Shown here: piece after piece, positions 10,811 through 21,251 of the stretch
How the letters are laid out: each line of letters opens with the position of its first letter
Numbering within the stretch: the first letter of the stretch is position 1
IMG/VR virus record: IMGVR_UViG_3300021599_000853
Coordinates: 1-64,000 of that record
Source: an uncultured virus (IMG/VR IMGVR_UViG_3300021599_000853)
Taxonomy: Duplodnaviria; Heunggongvirae; Uroviricota; Caudoviricetes
Direction: 5' to 3' (one strand)
DNA length: 64,000 nt
Notes under the pieces: generated by a model
The model's database searches: none
What the model was told of the DNA's origin: nothing
What the model saw: the letters and a program-made list of their open reading frames with translations, nothing else
Made by a program: the position numbers and the translations under genes

Positions 10811-11613
10811 TAACTTAGTGCTTGATAAAATTTTATTGGTTTATAACGTGTACCAACCTTACTTCCTGTCATTCCAGAATAACTATATACCTCATATGAA
10901 TAGTCTGATTTATCTATTTCTAATTGAAAATATAAATCTCTATATTCTAAAATCTCGGTAGTAGGACTTAATGGTGAATTTGTAAAATTTAATATTTCGC
11001 CATCTTTTGCATTATAAAATCTAGCGGTAAACCAAAATGTATTTCCAGTTAATGATGTTTCCTCAAATGGTGTTTCATCTTTAAACCAAAAAAGATACAT
11101 ATTTTCTTTATTTCTATAATTTGAACCCGAAAAAACAGGTACTGATATGAATTTTAATAACCCCGTATAAAAATATTTTTCACCTAATGGCAATGATAAA
11201 TTTTTTGAAAAAACTAATTTTCTATTTGATCTCTCAGGTCTTTCGTTGTTTGGTGTTTTATAAAATTCTAATCTAAAAAAACTTTCAGTAGATTGTTTTA
11301 AAAATTTTGCATTTTCTTGATGTGTTATACCCACTAAACTATAATCTAAACCATTATTATATGTTGTACCAGTGGTAAAATAAAAATAAAACCATATTTC
11401 ATTTTGTGTAAACGGAGTCGCACCTGTTATCGGATATTCTTTATGAATATATCTAACTGTTTCATAATTATCAATTGGATTAATGATCTTTAATAAACTT
11501 TCTCTTTCTAATTCTTGTGCATTCTCTTGCCATCCCAAATCAGTTTTGAAATCATTCTCGTTATTAATAACAATATTATTTGTCAAGTTGTTTCTTAATA
11601 TTTTCATCAACAA
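10810..11613 (-). CDS. Putative virion protein
   Basis: 267 aa ORF overlapping both neighbours in the structural operon. Confidence 0.55.
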   Translation of the reverse strand: MLMKILRNNLTNNIVINNENDFKTDLGWQENAQELERESLLKIINPIDNYETVRYIHKEYPITGATPFTQNEIWFYFYFTTGTTYNNGLDYSLVGITHQENAKFLKQSTESFFRLEFYKTPNNERPERSNRKLVFSKNLSLPLGEKYFYTGLLKFISVPVFSGSNYRNKENMYLFWFKDETPFEETSLTGNTFWFTARFYNAKDGEILNFTNSPLSPTTEILEYRDLYFQLEIDKSDYSYEVYSYSGMTGSKVGTRYKPIKFYQALS

Positions 11614-13361
11614 TCAATATTTAAATTTTTGGATTTTTTAATACCATCTTGTTTATTTGTCAAATCTTTTTCATTTAATAAATAAAAGTTAATGGTTTTT
11701 TGAATATAATGTGTGTTATTTAAAAAAGGAAAATTTGTTCCAAATCCATCAACGTCCACATATCCGTGATCATATAAATCTCTCCATTTCCATAGATTTT
11801 CGTTTTTATCGTAAATTAAATTTTCTGGTAAATTATATATATCATTTGTTTGAGATGTTTCTATATATGGTGATAATTCCCTAATTTTAACTCTATGATG
11901 TGGTTGGTATCCGATACCAACTAAATTATTATTAGATGCTAATTTTAATGTTGTGTTTAAATTTTGTCCGTGATTAAATATGTTTAAAGGACTTGTTATT
12001 TTGTGAAACGCTTCACTAATAATTCTTTCCTTTAATTCTGTTTTATTATATTCAACAAATGCACCAGTTAAAATGGTTCCAATTGGTAATGAATTACCTC
12101 TATTAAATGTTATACCAGAATTTATAAAAGGTGTACTGGTTAATGTTGTTTCATTTGATGTTGTACCGCTAAAATGATTATCTACCCATGTATCATGAAA
12201 ATGAAACCTATATCCAAGTTTGGGTGGATAATTAAAATACCCATTATCATTTCTAAAAATTATTGTCACATATAATTCTGTAGGAGTGTAATTAAAATTA
12301 TTTGTTATTCCACTTAATGTATATGGTTCCTTAAAATCAAAAAGAACCGCCTCCATTCTATTTTTCTCAACATAATAATCTATTATACCTTGTGAATTTT
12401 GAAATAATAATTTTCTTTCTTCTTCAAAAATTGGTGATTCAAATCCTGCTTTATCTAAAATATAGTTGTTTTGGTTAGTTAATGTTTTATGTTTATGTAC
12501 ATAATATTCAGATGTTGTTTCATCGATTTTATTTATATTAATACATCTTTTTCCTATTATAACTCTATCTAAAATTAAAGATGGGTTAAATTGACTTCTT
12601 AAAATGTTAATAACATATTTTTCAGAATTATACGTTTGATTACCGACAGTATTAACATAAAATGTTCTACCACTAGAAGGTACACCACTGTTTAGTGTAC
12701 TTTCTAAAATTGTTAAATATTCTCCCTGTTTGATACCATGTTCAACAGGTGATGTGAATGTATAGTATTTTCCATTTATTCTCGCCCTAAATGGAATACC
12801 ATCTTTTGCTTGAAATGAAAATGTACCACCATCAGACAAAGTATATTTCATTGGATATGAAGTATCGGCACTATAAACATATGACAGATAAAAATTCCAA
12901 TTTTTATAGGGGGCATTAATTTGAGTAGTTCCTAAATGATCGGTAACACCATCAGTTAATGTTATTAATGGACTAAAATCAGATGGTGTCAAACCTGATA
13001 ATGGTGTATTTTTTTCTCTTAATACATCATTTCTTAAAAACGCAAATTCATTATAATTTATAAATCCTGTCCAATCAGAATTAGATCCATCATCTGATAA
13101 TGATAAATTTCTTTGTAAAGGAGAATATGTGGTATCGCCTGAATATGTATTTCTAAAAACCATTCTAACTTTACCAAATATTTTATAATTTTTACATTCG
13201 TTTCTTTCTTTATTAAATTGTTCTGAAACATCCAATACAACATCTCTATCACCTTCCCTTAAAAGATTTTTAGATTCATCAAAATTTATCCTAAGAGATA
13301 AATTTTGATCTGGTGCTCTTTCATATAATTTATTTGGTAGTACTAATATTTTCTTTTCCAT
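11607..13361 (-). CDS. Putative virion/baseplate-associated protein
   Basis: 584 aa ORF in structural operon, many SGxT motifs. Confidence 0.55.
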   Translation of the reverse strand: MEKKILVLPNKLYERAPDQNLSLRINFDESKNLLREGDRDVVLDVSEQFNKERNECKNYKIFGKVRMVFRNTYSGDTTYSPLQRNLSLSDDGSNSDWTGFINYNEFAFLRNDVLREKNTPLSGLTPSDFSPLITLTDGVTDHLGTTQINAPYKNWNFYLSYVYSADTSYPMKYTLSDGGTFSFQAKDGIPFRARINGKYYTFTSPVEHGIKQGEYLTILESTLNSGVPSSGRTFYVNTVGNQTYNSEKYVINILRSQFNPSLILDRVIIGKRCININKIDETTSEYYVHKHKTLTNQNNYILDKAGFESPIFEEERKLLFQNSQGIIDYYVEKNRMEAVLFDFKEPYTLSGITNNFNYTPTELYVTIIFRNDNGYFNYPPKLGYRFHFHDTWVDNHFSGTTSNETTLTSTPFINSGITFNRGNSLPIGTILTGAFVEYNKTELKERIISEAFHKITSPLNIFNHGQNLNTTLKLASNNNLVGIGYQPHHRVKIRELSPYIETSQTNDIYNLPENLIYDKNENLWKWRDLYDHGYVDVDGFGTNFPFLNNTHYIQKTINFYLLNEKDLTNKQDGIKKSKNLNIDC

Positions 13362-14068
13362 TATTTTTGGATATTAAATAAATAATTTCTTATAGATTTT
13401 AATAATGTATATGGTTGTTTATCACTTCTACAAATACCTTCTTCAACTGTTATTTTATTATATTCATACGCAACACCACATGTATCCCAATTAATTTCTT
13501 CACCTTCGTCTCTTCTTATAATTTCTATAATTTGTTTTTCATCTCTAACAATACCGTTTTTACTTTTAGGTATCTTTGATATAATATTTTCACTATAACC
13601 CTTTTCTTTACATTTACATATTGTCATTTTACCGTTTAATGAATATGATTTTTCCATTGCAGCAATTTCCATACCATCCATATATTCAGACATTTCAACA
13701 ACTCTTCTATGTACAACACCACTAAAACAAGTTGTAAACATAAATTTTGTTTCATTATTTATTATTGGTTTTAGTGCATCCATTAATTTATAAACTTTTA
13801 ATTTATCATCCGTTGTCTGTACTAAAAATTTACCAGTACCAAAACTTGTTATATTAATTTGTTTTAATTTATCAGGATATTTTTTTATAAATTTTTTAAC
13901 ATCTTCAATACATTTGTCAATTGAGCTATATGGTCCAATACTATATGTTAATCTTGATAAAAGATTATATAAAAAAGATTCTTCATTATTATATAAAACA
14001 TATATTATAAGATGTGTCGGTTTCCTTTTTTTAAAAATATCTAGTATGTTCATATTAAAATGGTCCAA
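13361..14068 (-). CDS. Hypothetical protein (Lys-rich, non-virion-like; possible start at 14053)
   Basis: 235 aa ORF; composition differs from flanking structural genes. Confidence 0.55.
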   Translation of the reverse strand: MDHFNMNILDIFKKRKPTHLIIYVLYNNEESFLYNLLSRLTYSIGPYSSIDKCIEDVKKFIKKYPDKLKQINITSFGTGKFLVQTTDDKLKVYKLMDALKPIINNETKFMFTTCFSGVVHRRVVEMSEYMDGMEIAAMEKSYSLNGKMTICKCKEKGYSENIISKIPKSKNGIVRDEKQIIEIIRRDEGEEINWDTCGVAYEYNKITVEEGICRSDKQPYTLLKSIRNYLFNIQK

Positions 14069-17000
14069 AAAGTTCTATAAATTTATCAAAGGCGGTTTTT
14101 CCTTTTCTCAATCCAAAATAATAATGAAATGGTGTACCGATTTCCATTATATGTCTTCTTTGTCCTCCAACGGTATACTCTTTATAATTGTCATTATATT
14201 TTTTATTGCCTGATCCATAATCTAAACAATCTCTTATTGGTGGTATAACATATGGGTTAAAATAATCATCATCTGAATTAACAATAGGATTAGGGTCCGG
14301 ATTTAAATTTGACTTCATTAACTGTAGTCTTTGTGAATAGATATTTGAATTATAAAATTGTTGATTTTCACTATTACCAATTGTTAAAGCCTCACCAAAA
14401 CCATGTCCAAAAGTTTCCCACATGTAATATGGTACTTTTTGTGATGTGTCACCTAGTCTTGATGGTTCATTTAAACATCTTCTAATTAATCCACCGTATC
14501 TTTCAGTAATTACTGTATCAGGATCATCCTCACTAAAAACAAAATCTATACCTACAGCACCTCTACCATCAAAAATTGTACTATACTGTGCAGTGTAAGG
14601 TGAATCAAATTCTTCATATTCAAAAGGATATATACCTGTTTGTGTATTAAAATTCATCAATTGTGCTATATCTCCATCAATTAACCCATATCCTCTAGCA
14701 TCAAATAAGTCTTGTACATCTAATTTTCCCCTTTCTTTTATTTCTTTTGATTGGATAACATACTCAATTAAATCGTCTAACCCTTTATATGATGTTGAAC
14801 CGACACTTCTAGTTATAGAACAATTTACATCAAGTTCAGGATCTACACATATTTCATTTATCCATGTATTTCTTGGTCCTAAATCAACAACCGCGGTTGG
14901 AAAATTTATTTCTCTTTTTGTTTTTACTGACCCCTCATAATTATAAGTTCTTAATTGACCATAAAAACCTTTTGTTTTATTCATATAGTCAGAAGTTAAA
15001 CTAGGATTAGCCGCAAGTTGGGTACCAGTTGCCGGATCATAATCATATTGTGTTTCAGAAAAAGTATAATTTGGATTATATGGTGTTGATCTATAATATA
15101 AATGAAGACCAGAAGAGTCGGTAAACTTATAAATACATTGTTTACATAATCTATCATTTTTACCTCTTTTCATAAATTGAAAAAAGTATAAAGATCCTAT
15201 CAACCACGAATCGGTAAATAAATAAGAAACAACTCCACCACACATTAATTGACCAAATAGTTTTCTTCTCCTCCATGATTTTAACATACCAAAAGTCTTT
15301 CCCGCTAAAGGTACTATTGTATAAACACCATCCCTAAATTCTGAAAATCCTGAATTTGTTCCTTGTGTTGTTAATGAATTGTCAACATAATAGGGCCCCT
15401 TTTTCTTTACTTCACCATAATATGCACCATTTATAACACATTGTACTGAATTATTATCAAAACCACCAAATTTCATTGGCCATTTACAATGATAACTTAG
15501 AACGGCACCAACGTTATATGGTGTACCAGAAAAACAAGGATCAGGGTGTAAATTTAAAATACTTGTTGGGTAATTATTATCCCATGAATCACTTGGATAA
15601 TATCCTGTAGAGTTACTACGTTGATTATTTATCAACCATTGTCTCATGGTAGCATAATCAGGAAATCCTGCTAATGGAAAAACAAATCCCTTTAAATTCA
15701 TTTTTCCTTCTCCACCATCTTCTGTCCATTTTGTATCTATTATGAAATCATATTTATCACAACCTCTTTCAGGTGATCCCGCCGGTCTGGCATCAGGATC
15801 ATTTGCTTTATTATTACAATCACCAGGAACTTCCCACATTTTTGAAATTAAAACGCAACGATGTTTATTATGTATCGTACCATTTATTGGTTGATCCATT
15901 TGTGTAGAATATTCTTCTTTTATTTCATTAGCGATATCATCATAAAAACCACCACCTATTTTCCAATTATTTGTTGGTCCATATAATGATACATTTGGAT
16001 TAAGTGAACTAGCAGGTCCATCCCAAATTATTGGATATTTTGTTCCACATCCAATAGCAATTTGTTGAGTAGATCCATCATTAAAAATATCAATTTCAAC
16101 AATATAACTTCTATTTAATTGTACACCGTTAAATGTGACACCTGTCCATGGAGCTAATTCATATCCACCACAAAATGCAGTAGAACCAGGTGTTACAGTT
16201 ACACTTAAACCCGTTATTGATGGTGGTATAGTAAATACGGTACCTTTTTTCGCGTAAAGTGTAACAAAAGTTACACCGGTTGATGGATTAGGGGCCGTTA
16301 TGGTGATTGGTGGGGCTTGTTGATTGTCACAATTAGTATACCCAGTTATGTGATAATTTAACGATCCGATATGTGTAAATGTATATGTGTCACAAGGTAC
16401 ATTAAAATAAAGATCACCATCAAGATTGCCGTCTTGACATTTTGAAGAAGAACTTTCCGTATACGATAAACCAGTAAAGATTGGTGGTATCACCCATGAT
16501 TGACTCGGTTGCCCACAAAATCTTCTAATATAATTTGCTGGCATTTCTTCAGTAACAGAAACACCATCACAATCAGTATATGTAATTGAGTAACCGGTTA
16601 AACCAGTATTTGTAAATGTATATTCACTACAGGGTGTTGATGATTTTCTTTTGGGTAAATATTTCTCACCAAAATTAATATTTGTTGCAATTGGTGGTCC
16701 ACTAGTATAGTCTTGAGGATTTGGTGGAGTAGGTATTGTATTTGTATCTTTTAATTCATTATCTTCAGTACAATCATAACAATCGGGATATATAATTAAC
16801 GGTAATTTAAATATTTGTTTAAACTGATATTCTTTAGCCGCCTTATTTTGTTTGGCGGCGGCTTTGTTAACAACTTTGATTCCCGATAATGCATTTGCAA
16901 AACCAAATAACACTGCAGTAACAAATTCTTTAATAAAAAGATTAATAAACTTACCAATAAATTCTATATAATTTATTACTGTTATAATAAAAAATTGAAA

Positions 17001-18554
17001 TCTATGATTTCTAACTGCATCATTAACTGGAAAATAATTATTTACTCCCTCACAATCATCTTTTTCTTGTGGCCAATTTTCTTTAATGCCAATAAAAGAT
17101 TCTCTTCTATCTTTCTTAAAAAAAGATAAAACTCTTTCAAGAGCACTGGTTTTGTAATATTTGTTCATAAATTGACCAACAGTATAAATTCTACCATATC
17201 TAAATTGATAGAAATAATCTTGTGGTATACCCAATTTATTTTCAGAAATCGCATCCACACTAGTACCCGCAATTTCTTTTCTGGCATCTTGTGGGTAATC
17301 ATCTATATTATTACTAAATGAATATGATTTTGGGTCAATTGTTGAAATACCTCCAACAAATGATGTATCATTTATATGATATTCTCTTGCATTTGGTATT
17401 AAAAATTTACCTGTGAATCTATTTCTAGCTCCAGTGTCTTCATTTAACGATAATCTGAATCTGTAATTTCCGGCCGTAGCAACACCAACATTTGGATCGT
17501 TTGTTTCATATATTTCTCCAAATTCATTTGTTGCTATGTACTTCATGTTCATTGGAATTCTAAAAAAGAAAGCTCCGTTTTCATCAATAGTACTATCAAT
17601 ATCAAAAAACTCCATTATTGGTCTGTCCGGATTTGGGGTGCCTCCGGAAGTTTCTTCATATTCACCTGTAAATCTAATTGATTCAACATCCCCTTTAAAG
17701 GTTATCAATCTACACTTTTCCCCCATTTGATTATCCACATTACAGTTAACTCTTAACGCGTCTTTACCTGAATCAGTAAAACTACCACCAACCATAATTG
17801 CATATGGATTAATTTTAATTCCTTGTGAAGAAAGATCAAAATCTGTTCTAGTAATACCTATTTGACATAATTCCGGATTACCCCAAAAAGAATAAACTTC
17901 AATTGATTTATCAAAACTAACTATTTGTGGTAACGCATCTAAATCCGAAGAAGATGCATAAGTATACTTATTAACAAATTTTTCTTCAGATATCCCGTCA
18001 TATATTAAATCATATGGAACCAATGATTGACATCCCATATCTGAAAGATCTAAATCAATATGAAGTGTTTGTTTACCTAATGGTACTCCCCAAATCATAA
18101 AATCACCGGCATCATTTGTTTTCGCAGTATATTTGTAGAATTTTTCAAAAACTTCTAAATATTCTTCTCTATTTAAGATATCTTCTTGATCAGGAAATGT
18201 CCCTGTTGGTGTATGTCCTGTATGTTGTTTTCTTGATGGTAATAAATTATATCTATAGTTATTTTCGTTTTTTTCTTCGATAGATTTATATGGATATAGT
18301 GTAGAAATTACGGGATCATTTTCATCTACTTCAGATATTGGGACAAATATAGAGACTCTAGCATTAGGTACACCAAGTCCATTATTAACTATAATTCTAC
18401 CAACAACAACACCATAATCACCACAAAAAGATGAATATGCCTCTTGTTGTGAAAATTTTAAAGATAAAATTTCTAATAGGTCATAATCCTGTTTTAATTC
18501 TACTGTGACTTTTTGATCGACACCAATGTTGGTATAAATTCTATGTTTTTGCAT
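14055..18554 (-). CDS. Large putative virion/baseplate protein with Cys-rich central repeats
   Basis: 1499 aa; N-terminal GRIIVNNGLGVPNARVSIF resembles a carboxypeptidase-regulatory-like beta sandwich; repeated CxxYTFT...YTxCD modules. Confidence 0.55.
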   Translation of the reverse strand: MQKHRIYTNIGVDQKVTVELKQDYDLLEILSLKFSQQEAYSSFCGDYGVVVGRIIVNNGLGVPNARVSIFVPISEVDENDPVISTLYPYKSIEEKNENNYRYNLLPSRKQHTGHTPTGTFPDQEDILNREEYLEVFEKFYKYTAKTNDAGDFMIWGVPLGKQTLHIDLDLSDMGCQSLVPYDLIYDGISEEKFVNKYTYASSSDLDALPQIVSFDKSIEVYSFWGNPELCQIGITRTDFDLSSQGIKINPYAIMVGGSFTDSGKDALRVNCNVDNQMGEKCRLITFKGDVESIRFTGEYEETSGGTPNPDRPIMEFFDIDSTIDENGAFFFRIPMNMKYIATNEFGEIYETNDPNVGVATAGNYRFRLSLNEDTGARNRFTGKFLIPNAREYHINDTSFVGGISTIDPKSYSFSNNIDDYPQDARKEIAGTSVDAISENKLGIPQDYFYQFRYGRIYTVGQFMNKYYKTSALERVLSFFKKDRRESFIGIKENWPQEKDDCEGVNNYFPVNDAVRNHRFQFFIITVINYIEFIGKFINLFIKEFVTAVLFGFANALSGIKVVNKAAAKQNKAAKEYQFKQIFKLPLIIYPDCYDCTEDNELKDTNTIPTPPNPQDYTSGPPIATNINFGEKYLPKRKSSTPCSEYTFTNTGLTGYSITYTDCDGVSVTEEMPANYIRRFCGQPSQSWVIPPIFTGLSYTESSSSKCQDGNLDGDLYFNVPCDTYTFTHIGSLNYHITGYTNCDNQQAPPITITAPNPSTGVTFVTLYAKKGTVFTIPPSITGLSVTVTPGSTAFCGGYELAPWTGVTFNGVQLNRSYIVEIDIFNDGSTQQIAIGCGTKYPIIWDGPASSLNPNVSLYGPTNNWKIGGGFYDDIANEIKEEYSTQMDQPINGTIHNKHRCVLISKMWEVPGDCNNKANDPDARPAGSPERGCDKYDFIIDTKWTEDGGEGKMNLKGFVFPLAGFPDYATMRQWLINNQRSNSTGYYPSDSWDNNYPTSILNLHPDPCFSGTPYNVGAVLSYHCKWPMKFGGFDNNSVQCVINGAYYGEVKKKGPYYVDNSLTTQGTNSGFSEFRDGVYTIVPLAGKTFGMLKSWRRRKLFGQLMCGGVVSYLFTDSWLIGSLYFFQFMKRGKNDRLCKQCIYKFTDSSGLHLYYRSTPYNPNYTFSETQYDYDPATGTQLAANPSLTSDYMNKTKGFYGQLRTYNYEGSVKTKREINFPTAVVDLGPRNTWINEICVDPELDVNCSITRSVGSTSYKGLDDLIEYVIQSKEIKERGKLDVQDLFDARGYGLIDGDIAQLMNFNTQTGIYPFEYEEFDSPYTAQYSTIFDGRGAVGIDFVFSEDDPDTVITERYGGLIRRCLNEPSRLGDTSQKVPYYMWETFGHGFGEALTIGNSENQQFYNSNIYSQRLQLMKSNLNPDPNPIVNSDDDYFNPYVIPPIRDCLDYGSGNKKYNDNYKEYTVGGQRRHIMEIGTPFHYYFGLRKGKTAFDKFIELFGPF

Positions 18555-18611
18555 ATTTCTTTATATAAATAGAAAAGTTTTAATTTTCAAATAATATAAA
18601 GAAAAATGTTT

Positions 18612-20444
18612 TTAAAATGTAGTCGATCCTAATGTTTTAACCCTAACTTTTATATCTTTATTTGGGAATCTTATTTGAAATATTTGATTAGACTTCATAA
18701 AAATAGTCATATCAGATTGTAAAACTTCTTTTGTTATTGGGTCTTTATATTGTTGTGATACTTCAGATAATGAATATTCTCCACCTGTTTTTACAAAAAC
18801 TCTAATATCAACAACATTTATAACACCATTTTCATCACCAATTTCTTTAAATAAATTACCCAAAAATAAAGGATCTCCCATTTTTCTTTTATCTATTGAG
18901 AAATAGGATATTGTTTTAGTGATTGTATTTTTTATAACATCAGTGCTATTTACATTTTTATCCAAGATCAAATCAATTTCAAGAGAAAAATCAATTACTT
19001 GACCACTAACAATATCAATAAAATCATTTATCATCCTGAATTCCGATAAATAATTTATGATATTATTTTTTAATGTGTTAGAAACTGTTTCAGTTAAATT
19101 ACCTTTATCATCATATGATAATAATTTAATTCTAACTTTATTATCTTCTTCCATTACATTAACCTTTGCGGGTGCTCCGTATGTTGATGGCATAGTTTCT
19201 ATCAAAACTTTATAATCATTTAAAGTAACTGCTCTATTTTGTGCCGCGAAATTATATGCAACTAAATTTCTTATTTCTTCTATTGTCGGTTGATCGGCAC
19301 CTCCAATAGCGGGTGTTACATTATTAACACTCAATGAATTAACTACTTGTGTATTTATACTACTATTAGGACCATTAACATTAAATTCAATACTATCAAC
19401 ACTTGTTATAACATTAACACCTAAATTACTACTTTTACCACCACCAATTCTATATTTTATAAAAAGAGTACTATCTATTTTTGGTAATGCACCTAATGAT
19501 AAATTATTTAAATAAACACCAAGATTAACTTTCATGTTATTTGTCATGAAATTATCTAAATTATCTAAAGGATCGACATTGCCTGATCCAAATGTTATTG
19601 AAAAATAATTTTCTGGAGTATATTCTGTTACAAATTTATTTTTAACATCGATATATTTTCCAGATTTAAAATTTGGTCTATCTGATATTCCTGTCGGGTC
19701 TGGAACAAATACTTTATCTTGTATCATTGTTTTTACTTCATACCATCTATTTTCTGATGTATTAAATTCTGCAGAATTTGGATTTGCGGTAAAATTTGTT
19801 CCTTCTTTATGTATGATTGATGTCACACCTAAAACATTTTGTTCAGGTAAAAAAAGTTTTAAAAATGGTTTTTGATCTAATTGTGTAATAACTCTTCTAA
19901 AAATTCTAGTAACTCCATTAACTACAGGTTCTCTTTTCGTTATAGTATATGATACTAATTGATTATTACCATCAAAATTTGGAATTTTCAATCTATTTGG
20001 TTCTCCTCTATTATTAAATGGATTAGCAAAATCAATATCATCAGTAGTTTCAAAAATTTGTCCTCCTCCCGAAACTTGTGCTCCCGCTTTTAAAATTCCT
20101 TCATATCTATCATCATCTTTATCACCTTTAACAGGAACAACTATTGAAAAATCACACAATGCAACTGATGGTCTGTTTCCCGGTATTCTTATCCCATATG
20201 TTTTTGCGATGAAAAATAATGATTGTCTTTGTTGTGCAAAGTCTAACATTGTCTCCTGCCAAACTCTATCAATATGGTAATGTAAATTATCCGCAACCGC
20301 GGCATTTATATCTAATAAAACCGAAAAAATAGATGCGTCATTTGTGTTCTTAATTAAATCGGGATAATAATTTCTAGTTAAATTAACTAATTCCTGTCTT
20401 AATCCAACAAAATCCCTTGTTGCGTATGATATTTTTTTAGCCAT
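18612..20444 (-). CDS. Baseplate wedge subunit (T4 gp6/baseplate J-like)
   Basis: Motifs YATRDF, YRIGGG, GGADQPTIEEIR, QNRAVTLNDY; follows gp25-like gene. Confidence 0.85.
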   Translation of the reverse strand: MAKKISYATRDFVGLRQELVNLTRNYYPDLIKNTNDASIFSVLLDINAAVADNLHYHIDRVWQETMLDFAQQRQSLFFIAKTYGIRIPGNRPSVALCDFSIVVPVKGDKDDDRYEGILKAGAQVSGGGQIFETTDDIDFANPFNNRGEPNRLKIPNFDGNNQLVSYTITKREPVVNGVTRIFRRVITQLDQKPFLKLFLPEQNVLGVTSIIHKEGTNFTANPNSAEFNTSENRWYEVKTMIQDKVFVPDPTGISDRPNFKSGKYIDVKNKFVTEYTPENYFSITFGSGNVDPLDNLDNFMTNNMKVNLGVYLNNLSLGALPKIDSTLFIKYRIGGGKSSNLGVNVITSVDSIEFNVNGPNSSINTQVVNSLSVNNVTPAIGGADQPTIEEIRNLVAYNFAAQNRAVTLNDYKVLIETMPSTYGAPAKVNVMEEDNKVRIKLLSYDDKGNLTETVSNTLKNNIINYLSEFRMINDFIDIVSGQVIDFSLEIDLILDKNVNSTDVIKNTITKTISYFSIDKRKMGDPLFLGNLFKEIGDENGVINVVDIRVFVKTGGEYSLSEVSQQYKDPITKEVLQSDMTIFMKSNQIFQIRFPNKDIKVRVKTLGSTTF

Positions 20445-20445
20445 A

Positions 20446-20898
20446 TTATATATTAATAATTATAAAATCAGATGATGAAAATGTTCCATTATTTACAGTG
20501 TAATCTATTTTAACTTTTGCGGTATATGGTTTAGTTGAAAAATCTGAAACTCTAAAAAGTCTATTATCCTCATCTTCCATAGAACCAACTAATCTATCGG
20601 GATCATCTTCAGCCGATGTAATACTAATAGAATTAATATCTAAATTTGGTATATATTTTCTAACACTTTCTCTTATTTCATCTTCAATAAGATTATATGA
20701 TACGACATCATTTTGTTCAAAAATATACTCATATATTCTTGTTCCAAAATCAGGTAGATAATATCTACTACCTTTTCTTGTTAGTAAAAGATGTAATAAG
20801 TTTGCTCTAACTTCTCTTTCAGGAGTTTCAGTCATTCTTAAAAAGTCACCTTTTCTACTATCTCTAAATGGATAATCTATACCATATGTTACTGCCAT
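20446..20898 (-). CDS. Baseplate protein, GPW/gp25 family
   Basis: LLLTRKGSRYYLPDFGTRIYEYIFE signature. Confidence 0.9.
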   Translation of the reverse strand: MAVTYGIDYPFRDSRKGDFLRMTETPEREVRANLLHLLLTRKGSRYYLPDFGTRIYEYIFEQNDVVSYNLIEDEIRESVRKYIPNLDINSISITSAEDDPDRLVGSMEDEDNRLFRVSDFSTKPYTAKVKIDYTVNNGTFSSSDFIIINI

Positions 20899-20937
20899 GA
20901 TAATAAATATAATGATATTCGAAATCTTTTTAAATGA

Positions 20938-20963
20938 AAAATCCAGACATATGTCTGGATTTT
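20938..20963 (-). terminator. Intrinsic terminator-like palindrome
   Basis: Perfect 26-bp palindrome aaaatccagacat|atgtctggatttt with T-run on the minus strand, after the replication/RNR operon. Confidence 0.75.
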
Positions 20964-20984
20964 GTCCATGTTAATTATGGTGGT

Positions 20985-21068
20985 TTGGTTTTCACCCCCT
21001 GTATAACCAATCCTTAGATGCTCAAGGTACGCCTTGACGACAGACTAATCTTTGAGGGAGTCATCCAA
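20985..21068 (-). ncRNA. Candidate pseudoknotted structured RNA (family not recognised)
   Basis: GC-richer island with three stems plus complementarity between a hairpin loop and an upstream junction; G-U pairs favour the minus strand. Confidence 0.5.
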
Positions 21069-21242
21069 TCCTTTTTTTAAAGTGGTATTATTTTTTTCTC
21101 CTTTAGGTTCATATGGACAATGTCTACATCCATTACCTGATGATCCACAACAATACCCTCTTTCTATGTGATATCTTTCAGTGAAGATAACTTTATTACC
21201 ATCAAGATAATAATGTGTTCCTTCAATAAATTCATTACTCAT
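21045..21242 (-). CDS. Small Cys-rich protein, DUF5522-like
   Basis: YY...VIFTERYHIERGYCCG...GCRHCPY pattern. Confidence 0.75.
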   Translation of the reverse strand: MSNEFIEGTHYYLDGNKVIFTERYHIERGYCCGSSGNGCRHCPYEPKGEKNNTTLKKGLDDSLKD

Positions 21243-21251
21243 TTTATTGAT

